Positions 1-7,447 are shown, numbered from the stretch's first letter. The stretch is 13,620 nt of DNA from Opitutales bacterium (GCA_049599475.1 JBMYOQ010000098.1:1-13620), one strand, 5' to 3'. Translations and numbers: made by a program. The notes: generated by a model from the sequence alone, not told the origin.

Positions 1-1
1 C

Positions 2-36
2 TGGGGTCATGCTGGCACTTTTGCCTCATGGCCCCA
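2..36. other. Stem-loop (inverted repeat)
   Basis: TGGGGTCATG (2-11) pairs with CATGGCCCCA (27-36) with one G-T pair. An inner stem GGCA (14-17)/TGCC (22-25) closes a CTTT loop. Function unknown; at the window edge. Confidence 0.6.
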
Positions 37-83
37 ATCTTTGAGGAAGAACGGACAAGACCGGACGGTGCAACCGGACCGGA

Positions 84-146
84 CCATCTGCCGCAGGTTT
101 GACGGAGCGCAGCGGAGATGGCGAAGCAATCCTGTCGCCCCGACCA
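84..146 (+). repeat. tRNA-Pro-like 3'-end fragment (tRNA-linked repeat or att-site remnant)
   Basis: AATCCTGTCGCCCCGACCA (128-146) reads as T-loop end, T-stem 3' strand, acceptor 3' strand and ACCA, as in tRNA-Pro. A matching T-stem 5' strand GCAGG-TT is at 93-99, separated from it by 28 nt (100-127). No D arm or acceptor 5' strand is in the window. Confidence 0.65.
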
Positions 147-287
147 TTGCTCAGGAATTAAGGCTGAAACGGTACTCGCTTTGCGATTCTTTGGCATCAC
201 CAACATTCGGGAAATAGGAATTTCCAAAGCAATTTTTAGCTTACTGTTTGAGGTGAGACAGCGTTAATCTACCCCTTGATTTTGTAC

Positions 288-318
288 AAAAAAAGCTCCG
301 GACGAATCCGAAGCTTTT
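288..318 (-). terminator. Intrinsic terminator of tRNA-Asp, possibly bidirectional
   Basis: Minus strand reads AAAAGCTTCGGA-TTCG-TCCGGAGCTTTTTTT: a stem with a UUCG loop followed by a U-tract, 10 nt after the tRNA CCA. Confidence 0.85.
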
Positions 319-328
319 GTTGTCAAAG

Positions 329-405
<77 letters not shown>

Positions 406-423
406 ATGTGGGAAAGATTTCCG

Positions 424-451
424 AAATTATGTTCGGATGCTCGGGAGTCAA
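424..451 (-). promoter_or_regulatory. Putative sigma70 promoter of tRNA-Asp
   Basis: Minus strand TTGACT (451-446), 16-nt spacer, TAATTT (429-424). An A/T tract immediately upstream (about 456-477) resembles an UP element. Confidence 0.55.
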
Positions 452-531
452 TGGCTTTTTTAAAAAAGAATTTTAAAGGTGTAATATTATGCATTGCTGT
501 CTCTTCGTGAGGCTTCCAAATTTATAAGGCT

Positions 532-1056
532 ATGTGTGTCTATCCTGGATTATCCGCCGGGGAATGCTCCCGACTGATCGTTGTCGACGTCCAAAAACAA
601 TTTATTTCAGAGAATACCGAACATATTCTCAGCGGCATTGAAGCGATCATTCCAAAATTTGAGAAGGTTGTCCTCAGCCAGATCGAACATGATCCCGATC
701 AATATGTTTTCGAGCTAAAGAAATGGGCCCCGTCCCCCGTTGGCTCCGAAGGCCACGCCCTTGCTTTAAATTTGGACTCTGCCTCTACTGAGCGTATCCA
801 TATCACGCGCAAACGCTTTTTTTCAGCCCTCACCGACGACGCTCAAGCCTTTCTAGGGGCTGAAAAAGGCTCATCCATCTACCTCTGCGGTATGGATACC
901 GATCTCTGCGTGCTCCAAACAGGCGTCGACCTCATGCGACAAGGATTCCGGCCCGTGATCCTCTCAAAGCTTTGCGCTTCATACGGAGGCGAGGCATTGC
1001 ACAGACACGCCCTCATCCAGTGCAAGCGCTTCTTCGGTCGAGATCAGGTAATCTGA
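532..1056 (+). CDS. Isochorismatase-family cysteine hydrolase (nicotinamidase-like)
   Basis: Family motifs LIVVDVQ (catalytic Asp), KRFFSA (Lys) and CGMDTDLCV (Cys nucleophile); 174 aa. Substrate cannot be assigned from sequence. Confidence 0.88.
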   Translation: MCVYPGLSAGECSRLIVVDVQKQFISENTEHILSGIEAIIPKFEKVVLSQIEHDPDQYVFELKKWAPSPVGSEGHALALNLDSASTERIHITRKRFFSALTDDAQAFLGAEKGSSIYLCGMDTDLCVLQTGVDLMRQGFRPVILSKLCASYGGEALHRHALIQCKRFFGRDQVI

Positions 1057-1096
1057 CCTCGAACGAAACGGTACAATACTCTCCGCAGAGTGAACC

Positions 1097-2887
1097 CTAA
1101 GATTCTCCTTTGGGCTCTTCGGGTTCAGACGGTTCAGCAGGAGCCTCCGTCGAATCAGCAACAACCTCAGGAGCGGGCGCAACCTCTTCAACGGGCTCTT
1201 CCGGCGCCGGAGCAGCCTCTGGTGCTTCAACAACCACAGGCTCGTCTACGACAGTCTCGGCTGCAACAGGTGCGACTTCTGCAGCGGGCTCCTCAACAGT
1301 TTCCGTTGGAGCTGCTTCTGTCACAGTCTCAGCCGGAGCGGCCGCCGGAGCTTCCACTGCAGCAGGCGCTTCTTCAGGCTTCGGCTTCGGTTTTGGCGCG
1401 ACCATTGGCGCAGGTGCAAAGAGCTTCCCATCGCTATATTCTGTGACATACCCCTCAGTGATGAGCCATCTGAGGTTCTGCTTTAGAGAGCGAATTTTCT
1501 CTTGCTGTTCAGGCGAATAGCTCGGTGCAGGTGCAGGAGTCGCAGCCGGCTCAGCAGTTTCACCTTCCGCCGGCGCCGCCTCTGGAGCCGGTTGCGGTGC
1601 TTCAAATCCTAGATATTTTTCAGGAAGGTCAGATGCCGCTATGTTTGCATTCTTCTCGATAAACTCTATCAGAGCCTGTGCCGCCTCAGCAAGCTTGGTG
1701 TTCTCATCCCGGAACTTACGCTTCACGACACATACAAACGAGATCCCCTTGGACCCCTTCTTATAAATATTGAAATTCAAGCGGCGCAGACGCGCACGTA
1801 AATGATTGGCCGTATCGAGGGGAAATTTTCTCTGATGCTCGAGCGCTGCAAGGACCGACTTTTTGATATTTCCCTCAGGAAGCTTATCGACAACCGTACC
1901 GGGAACTCGAGCAGTCGATACCTTTTTAATCAGCTCATCCTTCTTGTTGTTGATGATGTAACGGCGAACTTCTTCCGTGCCGTAGAACTTCAACGGCTCT
2001 TCGCCCTCGGGCAAATTGTCTACCTTCAGAGTATAACGATTGGCCTTGGATACCTTCGCGATCCATTCCTGAACCACTTCCGCTTCACGAACGGTCTCGA
2101 TTTTCGAAAGGAAACGCTCCATCGAAGCATTATGAATACGGGTCGAGAAGTGCTCGTTTAGGTAGTCCTGGTACTTATGATAATTCGGGGGCCCGAGCAA
2201 TTCACCCGTGAATCCACAACGATTGACCATTTGGAAATTTCCTGAAGGCGGATCCATTTCCACCTCTTCCACCTCGAACATAGACTCGAGAGCATTCTGC
2301 ATAGCATGCGAGATGGCTGCGTCTTCACTCTCAAATACAGTATTATCCTCAGTAGATAAATATAGCTGTGTCTCAGCTTCTTTTCCATTCAGCGGGCGAA
2401 CCACAGCCACGAAGCGCTCTGGCTTCTCGATAATCAAACGAGCGATATCGAAAAGTTCGTAGGTTCGGTAGGAGCTTCTGATCGCCTTAACAAGGACCTT
2501 GAATGGCTCATCTTCTGGATAAATATTTACCTCTACCGTCGGACGGAACATCGGTGGACGCGATTTATCGAAGCGCTTACCTCCACGCCTTCCGTCACCC
2601 TGACCGTCGGACCTGCCATAATTGCCTCCACCAGAACGCTGCGAGGAGTCTCCTCCCTTATCAAACGAGCGCTCACGGCGTGGTGGGCGACGATCTTTGC
2701 GCGCGGGTCCACCGCTTCCCTTCGAGTCTGAACGATAACCGCCGCGATCTCCCCCCTTTTTATCGTGAGTGGAGATGCTCCCTTTGGATGAGCCCCAGTC
2801 TGGCGTGAGACTTAGATCTTTCAGCGAACTGAGATCCACAGCTTCTGCCTTTTTGTCTTGGGGAGGTTGTTCGGGATTTTCGCCCAT
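1097..2887 (-). CDS. Uncharacterised 596-aa protein: G/R/D/S-rich N-terminus, globular core, P/A/E-rich acidic tail
   Basis: Long ORF filling the gap between the hydrolase and tRNA-Leu, with protein-like composition. No family recognised. Confidence 0.88.
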   Translation of the reverse strand: MGENPEQPPQDKKAEAVDLSSLKDLSLTPDWGSSKGSISTHDKKGGDRGGYRSDSKGSGGPARKDRRPPRRERSFDKGGDSSQRSGGGNYGRSDGQGDGRRGGKRFDKSRPPMFRPTVEVNIYPEDEPFKVLVKAIRSSYRTYELFDIARLIIEKPERFVAVVRPLNGKEAETQLYLSTEDNTVFESEDAAISHAMQNALESMFEVEEVEMDPPSGNFQMVNRCGFTGELLGPPNYHKYQDYLNEHFSTRIHNASMERFLSKIETVREAEVVQEWIAKVSKANRYTLKVDNLPEGEEPLKFYGTEEVRRYIINNKKDELIKKVSTARVPGTVVDKLPEGNIKKSVLAALEHQRKFPLDTANHLRARLRRLNFNIYKKGSKGISFVCVVKRKFRDENTKLAEAAQALIEFIEKNANIAASDLPEKYLGFEAPQPAPEAAPAEGETAEPAATPAPAPSYSPEQQEKIRSLKQNLRWLITEGYVTEYSDGKLFAPAPMVAPKPKPKPEEAPAAVEAPAAAPAETVTEAAPTETVEEPAAEVAPVAAETVVDEPVVVEAPEAAPAPEEPVEEVAPAPEVVADSTEAPAEPSEPEEPKGES

Positions 2888-3178
2888 AAGAAGAGATATT
2901 TAGATGCTTTTAATGGAGGGAGGCTGAATACAAACCTCCGACGAGAGAACTGACCTTTAAGGTATAGCAGGATTGATTCAAAGTAATTCTCCAATCCAAT
3001 GAAAAATTTCGGAAACAGAACTTTTTACATTTATAACTGAAAAGACATTTACTCTTTTCCGAAAAATTAGATTGCACACCCGCCACCTACTCCATTTTAT
3101 CGACGGTTTTTCCGAATCAGCTTATCTCTTAACTGCTCGGAATACCCTAACCTTCCGGTTAGAAAAAACAGTTTATTT

Positions 3179-3265
3179 GCTCAGGTGGTGGAATTGGTAG
3201 ACACGCTATCTTGAGGGGGTAGTGGGCGCAAGCCCGTGCGGGTTCAAGTCCCGCCCTGAGCACCA
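3179..3265 (+). tRNA. tRNA-Leu(GAG)
   Basis: Acceptor stem GCTCAGG/CCTGAGC-A-CCA; anticodon arm CTATC-TT GAG GG-GGTAG; long variable arm GGGC-GCAA-GCCC; T arm GCGGG-TTCAAGT-CCCGC; 87 nt. Confidence 0.98.
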
Positions 3266-3370
3266 TTTAAGAGATATGTGTTGAAGGATAAGAACTAGAT
3301 AAAGTCGCCTTCAAATCGCCATGCAGACGAGACCGGGCACACAAATCGGGTCCACACTGAATGACCTTGA

Positions 3371-3850
3371 ATGGCTCACTTGGGAAATGTAGAACCCCAA
3401 TACAATCTCGAAAAAATGAGTCACGGCGACCGATCCAGACAGCGCATACTTGAAGCGATCAGACAAGCCCCTATGCGCATGACCCGCAAACGGGAACGGC
3501 TCTTGAGCGCTCTCTTTTATAGTGATCGTCCCCTATCTGCGGCCACCCTTAGAGATAATGCAGGACTTCCCGAAAGCGACCTTGTGACGGTATATCGCAC
3601 AATGGACGCATTTGAGAAAATAGGTATTATTCAGCGCATACCTCTAGAAGAGAACGGCTATATATTCGAGCTCACCGAGCCCCATGATCATCACCATCAT
3701 TTCGTTTGTCGTGAGTGCCATAAGACAGAGCGCATTGATATATGCATCGGGAAACAGCTAGAGGAACGGGCTCAAAAAATGGGCTTTTCCCAAGTAAGGC
3801 ACCTTATGGAAGTTTACGGGATCTGCGGTGAATGCAGGATTTCCCCTTAA
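3371..3850 (+). CDS. Fur-family transcriptional regulator, probably Zur-like; true start may be ATG 3416
   Basis: Recognition helix [17 protein letters not shown] motif, and two CxxC motifs (CREC, CGEC) for the structural Zn site. The Zur assignment is inferred from the adjacent COG0523 gene. Confidence 0.92.
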   Translation: MAHLGNVEPQYNLEKMSHGDRSRQRILEAIRQAPMRMTRKRERLLSALFYSDRPLSAATLRDNAGLPESDLVTVYRTMDAFEKIGIIQRIPLEENGYIFELTEPHDHHHHFVCRECHKTERIDICIGKQLEERAQKMGFSQVRHLMEVYGICGECRISP

Positions 3851-5085
3851 ACGATATCCGCAGAAACAGGCTCACCATCAGCTGACCAGACTGGATACGG
3901 ATCGGGCAATTTAGCCCAAGCCTTCGGACCTTCGCCCATCTCCTCATCAGTAAGTAGGCATGCCTCAAAACGATCACTCAGCTGCCCTGGGTCCATCTGC
4001 CCTTCATAACCAATCAAAACTATTTCCTGGCGACGGTCCCCAAACGGTTCCTTCCAATTCGAAAGCACTAGCTCGACTTCTTCCGGATCATTCGGCCATG
4101 CATGACGCGGAATCGTCGCAAACCATTTACCCGCCATCTGCACATCTGATTGCGCTCCTGCCCGTGACCAAAGTCCGACATAAGGCATCCGCGTAGCCAG
4201 CCAGAAAAACCCTTTGGAACGAATGACGCCCGGCCAATCCTGCGCCATCCACTTACGCAAGCGCTCCGGATGAAACGGTTTGCGCGCTCGAAATACGAAA
4301 TGACCAATCCCATATTCCTCTGTTTCCGAAACTGGTTCGTTCTGAATTATTTTCAGCCAGTCAGGCATCTGTTCTGCCGATTCTATATCGAACAGTCCCG
4401 TGTTCAAAATACGCTTGGAGTCGACCGCGCCATGGCTTGTTTCGATAATCTCAGCCCGGCTGTTGATCGCCTTAATGCCTGAAATAATTCGAGCCCGGGT
4501 AGCGTCGTCCACAAGGTCAATCTTGTTGAGTAGGATCACGTCCGCAAATTCGATCTGATCGACGAGCAAATCAATGATACTGCGCACATCCTCAGGGTCC
4601 ACTTCTTGACCACGATCTCGCAGCTTATCCGGCGAACCAAAATCATTTTCGAAATTCGCCGCGTCCACGACAGTTACCATCGTATCTAATACCGATAAGT
4701 CTTCGAGGCTGAACCCAAATTCATTCCGAAATAAAAACGTCTCTGCGACCGGCATGGGTTCGGATACCCCGGTGGACTCAATCAGTAGGTAATCAAACCG
4801 GCCCTCGTAAGCAAGACGTCGGACTTCGGCAAGGAGATCGTCCCGCAAGGTGCAACAGATGCAACCGTTACTCATTTCAACGAGTTTTTCTTCCTTGCGA
4901 GAAAGCTCTGCACCGCCCTCCGCGACTAATTGAGCATCGATATTCACCTCGCTCATGTCATTTACAATCACGGCGACCTTGAGACCATCACGATTATTCA
5001 AGATATGATTGAGAACAGTCGTTTTTCCAGCTCCTAGAAAACCAGAAAGGACTGTAACGGGTAGCTTTCGCTTAGGTGCACGCAT
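3847..5085 (-). CDS. COG0523/CobW-family G3E P-loop GTPase metallochaperone (ZigA/YciC-like)
   Basis: Walker [23 protein letters not shown], metal motif GCICC, Walker B LLIESTG, NKID, and C-terminal CobW_C features ([29 protein letters not shown]). Confidence 0.96.
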   Translation of the reverse strand: MRAPKRKLPVTVLSGFLGAGKTTVLNHILNNRDGLKVAVIVNDMSEVNIDAQLVAEGGAELSRKEEKLVEMSNGCICCTLRDDLLAEVRRLAYEGRFDYLLIESTGVSEPMPVAETFLFRNEFGFSLEDLSVLDTMVTVVDAANFENDFGSPDKLRDRGQEVDPEDVRSIIDLLVDQIEFADVILLNKIDLVDDATRARIISGIKAINSRAEIIETSHGAVDSKRILNTGLFDIESAEQMPDWLKIIQNEPVSETEEYGIGHFVFRARKPFHPERLRKWMAQDWPGVIRSKGFFWLATRMPYVGLWSRAGAQSDVQMAGKWFATIPRHAWPNDPEEVELVLSNWKEPFGDRRQEIVLIGYEGQMDPGQLSDRFEACLLTDEEMGEGPKAWAKLPDPYPVWSADGEPVSADIV

Positions 5086-5100
5086 GACTATTTAATTTGA

Positions 5101-6258
5101 TTAAGTTATAGAATAAAGGAGCCTTCCGAACCAGGCGATGCATACAGAAAATAATGCAGCAAAAAACGCCTGACGTCCGACCATTCTCAAGGCGAACTTC
5201 AGATGCATTTCGCGCGCCACAGTGAAAACGGTAACCAGGCAGGGCAACAATACGCCAGCCAGATAGACGACGGTTAATATCTGAAACGGGGTTTCCAGAG
5301 GCACTTTGAGAGAATTCCAATCAGAATCGAGCAAACCAATGGCGATGCCATCCTTACGTATAGATCCCAGCATTACAGAAAGAGCACTTTCGGGAGGCAA
5401 ATGGAAAACTGCCATAAGCGGGGCCAGAACTCCAATCAACACGGCTAAAAAACCAGACCACTGCATCAGCCCAGCGACGATGCAAATAACAACAAAAATC
5501 GGTAAGGCCGTGAAAGCGAAATCACGCAAACTACCTACCGCATCATCCCACACAACTCTCCAGTCGGGTAAACGCAGGGACGCTGTAGACTTACGGACCT
5601 CTAGAGAGGTTGCCTGACGCAATACCTTGGGGGTGGTAAACCAAAGATACACAAGGGTGGTCATGGCTAAAACCGCCAAGTAAACCGGGCCTAGCCAAAC
5701 CTGATCGACAACGGCAAAAACGGCGAGGGTTGCCGGGAGCTGATAAGAACACGCCGAGCCAAATGATATGGCAGAGACACAGGCTCCCCGCGAACAGGTA
5801 GAGCACGATCGCGTAGAGATCACCGCAGGCACATTACAGCCAAACCCCATGACAACGCGCACCAGATCATCCCCTCCCAGCCCAAATGGGCGCAACAGAG
5901 GATGCAGGCTTCGCGACAATCGATCTATCAAGCCCGTCGACCGATAGACCGCAATCAATGCCGAGAAGACAAGAATTGTCGGCAAGGCATATAGGAGCAA
6001 AAAGGGAAACATCGCGACGACACCGTAGTCGCCTGCTAGCATCGCAGCAAGTGGGCGCGGCAGCCCGTTTAGCCAATCAATAAAAGGAGCAACAACTGAG
6101 CTCAAAGGGCAATTCAGAGAGTCGGCTAAGGCATTTGCCTGGATAACTGCCAAGCACGCCGGAGCAAACAGCACAAACAAACTAATCGGCACAAATCTCA
6201 GAACGCGATCCACGCGATCCGGAGCCGTTCCATATAGTTCTTCATTATCAGATTTCAT
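5101..6258 (-). CDS. FeoB-like membrane permease (Gate/nucleoside-recognition domains) lacking the N-terminal GTPase
   Basis: Multiple hydrophobic segments; FeoB-type signatures TGLIDRL, MGFGCNVPAVISTR, SACS and LPCLVT...REM. Only 385 aa, with no Walker A motif. Confidence 0.85.
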   Translation of the reverse strand: MKSDNEELYGTAPDRVDRVLRFVPISLFVLFAPACLAVIQANALADSLNCPLSSVVAPFIDWLNGLPRPLAAMLAGDYGVVAMFPFLLLYALPTILVFSALIAVYRSTGLIDRLSRSLHPLLRPFGLGGDDLVRVVMGFGCNVPAVISTRSCSTCSRGACVSAISFGSACSYQLPATLAVFAVVDQVWLGPVYLAVLAMTTLVYLWFTTPKVLRQATSLEVRKSTASLRLPDWRVVWDDAVGSLRDFAFTALPIFVVICIVAGLMQWSGFLAVLIGVLAPLMAVFHLPPESALSVMLGSIRKDGIAIGLLDSDWNSLKVPLETPFQILTVVYLAGVLLPCLVTVFTVAREMHLKFALRMVGRQAFFAALFSVCIAWFGRLLYSIT

Positions 6259-7400
6259 GAGCTGGAGCTAATCGCTTCAGCCTCAGAATCCACAGCGCAC
6301 TCACAATTCGTGCAGCAATCCAAATCGTCGATCAAGAAGCCTCTCCGGCGCTCATCTTCAAAATCTGGTTCGGGACGCCCTAAACGCTTTACAATGGAAC
6401 GTGCAATGACACCAAAACGCGCGCGGAATTTGTAGATGAAGCAAAATTTAGTCTTTCGCTGGATAAGCGAAGGGCCTGAGTAATAGATTCCTGAATACAG
6501 TGTTGACTCGTCTTCTTCGGTAAATTTCGGGATCGTCCCTTCCCATTCCCAAAACTCTTTAATCGGTTCGAGCGCCGAGTGAAATCCTATCGCAGAGATT
6601 GGACGATACTTCGAATCAAAGACATCGCCCTCAGCGGTTTCCACAACGTACTGCTTCGACAAATACGACACCCTAGAAACCGTCGCATTTCCCCGCAGAG
6701 CTAGCCGTCCCGGGTGTCGCCTCAAAGTATCGAGGAATCGATCTCGGGTATACGGGCTCAAGACCTCACTTGGATCAGGATCATCGACCTTCCACGGCTC
6801 CCCACTCGACAGCAAGATGACTCGCTTTCCCTGCTGTATCAAATTGCACGCCGCATCTACGCCACTCTCATAGCCGCCGATAATGATCGCTTCTTTATTT
6901 TTGTAGTCATTCCAATCGCGAAACGCACTCGTGTGCACGCAATGCTCCGCACCCGGAAATGAGCCAAGCTTGGGATTCGAAAATTCGCCCCCAGCCCAGA
7001 CCACGATTCGCGACCGAAAGGTCGCATGCTCTGTCTCGATCGAGTACCCCTCAGATTCACTACGTATCTCTTTAACGCGCTCTTTTTCTCTAACATTCAG
7101 CGCAAAATGCTTTACCGTGGCTTTCAGATACTTCGCATACTGATCCCCACTGAGGTGCTCTTTCTGCGTAAAATCCGCCGGACTGGTATTTGGGGTTATC
7201 GCATTCAGGTCAGTCTGGAAGAAGGGGTTTCCATGAAACGAAGGCGTGATCAACCGCATCTGCTCCGGCCATTTGCGAAAGGAACTCCCCACTTCGTTCG
7301 CTTCCAAAACGAGCAAGTTCTCGACACCTGCTCGACGAATCGCCAGTGCACACCCGATGCCCGCGGGACCCGCGCCTACGACTATCACATCTAATTCCAT
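6255..7400 (-). CDS. NAD(P)/FAD-dependent oxidoreductase with C-terminal CCxxCxC tail
   Basis: N-terminal FAD fingerprint VIVVGAGPAG...E, WAGGEF, second nucleotide site IIIGGYESG, AIGF, and tail CCTNCEC. AAGGG precedes the ATG; ATGA overlap with the next gene. Confidence 0.9.
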   Translation of the reverse strand: MELDVIVVGAGPAGIGCALAIRRAGVENLLVLEANEVGSSFRKWPEQMRLITPSFHGNPFFQTDLNAITPNTSPADFTQKEHLSGDQYAKYLKATVKHFALNVREKERVKEIRSESEGYSIETEHATFRSRIVVWAGGEFSNPKLGSFPGAEHCVHTSAFRDWNDYKNKEAIIIGGYESGVDAACNLIQQGKRVILLSSGEPWKVDDPDPSEVLSPYTRDRFLDTLRRHPGRLALRGNATVSRVSYLSKQYVVETAEGDVFDSKYRPISAIGFHSALEPIKEFWEWEGTIPKFTEEDESTLYSGIYYSGPSLIQRKTKFCFIYKFRARFGVIARSIVKRLGRPEPDFEDERRRGFLIDDLDCCTNCECAVDSEAEAISSSS

Positions 7401-7409
7401 TCAACCCTT

Positions 7410-7447
7410 AATGAAAGTGACTTGCGTTAACGCAAGTGAAATGCATT
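7410..7447. promoter_or_regulatory. Two tandem 19-bp (9-1-9) Fur/Zur-type operator boxes
   Basis: AATGAAAGT-G-ACTTGCGTT (7410-7428) and AACGCAAGT-G-AAATGCATT (7429-7447) are 14/19 identical. Their junction forms the perfect 18-bp palindrome ACTTGCGTTAACGCAAGT (7420-7437). They lie 10-47 nt upstream of the metal operon start. Confidence 0.7.

Noticed and set aside
1..12. CTGGGGTCATGC as the anticodon arm of an intron-split tRNA-Pro(GGG)
   Set aside because: These bases are explained by the local hairpin with 27-36, and no group I/II intron core is recognisable. It cannot be fully excluded without the upstream flank.
1..206. Minus-strand reading frame open from ATG 206 to the window edge
   Set aside because: It runs antisense through the tRNA-like structured element, resembles no known protein and has no ribosome-binding site.
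1100..1400. Repetitive-looking DNA as a tandem repeat or CRISPR array
   Set aside because: There is no fixed repeat unit or spacer periodicity; the pattern reflects Ala/Pro/Glu codons.
979..1520. ORFs 979..1233, 1090..1446 (Q/L/P-rich) and 1110..1520 (S/A/G/T-rich)
   Set aside because: They are shadow frames of the low-complexity P/A/E tail of the 596-aa gene.
2919..2939. Hairpin GGAGG/CCTCC upstream of the 596-aa gene as a riboswitch
   Set aside because: It is a single short stem with no recognisable aptamer.
3847..5085. CobW of cobalamin synthesis, or a nitrile hydratase activator
   Set aside because: No cob or nitrile hydratase genes are nearby; the context fits the Zur-associated subgroup better.
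5101..6258. Calling this gene feoB, or a feoB pseudogene
   Set aside because: It has no G-domain and no neighbouring feoA, so the symbol is not justified. The ORF is intact and translationally coupled, so it is not an evident pseudogene.
7420..7437. Perfect palindrome as a terminator
   Set aside because: It has no loop or U-tract and lies between divergent gene starts, so it fits an operator better.
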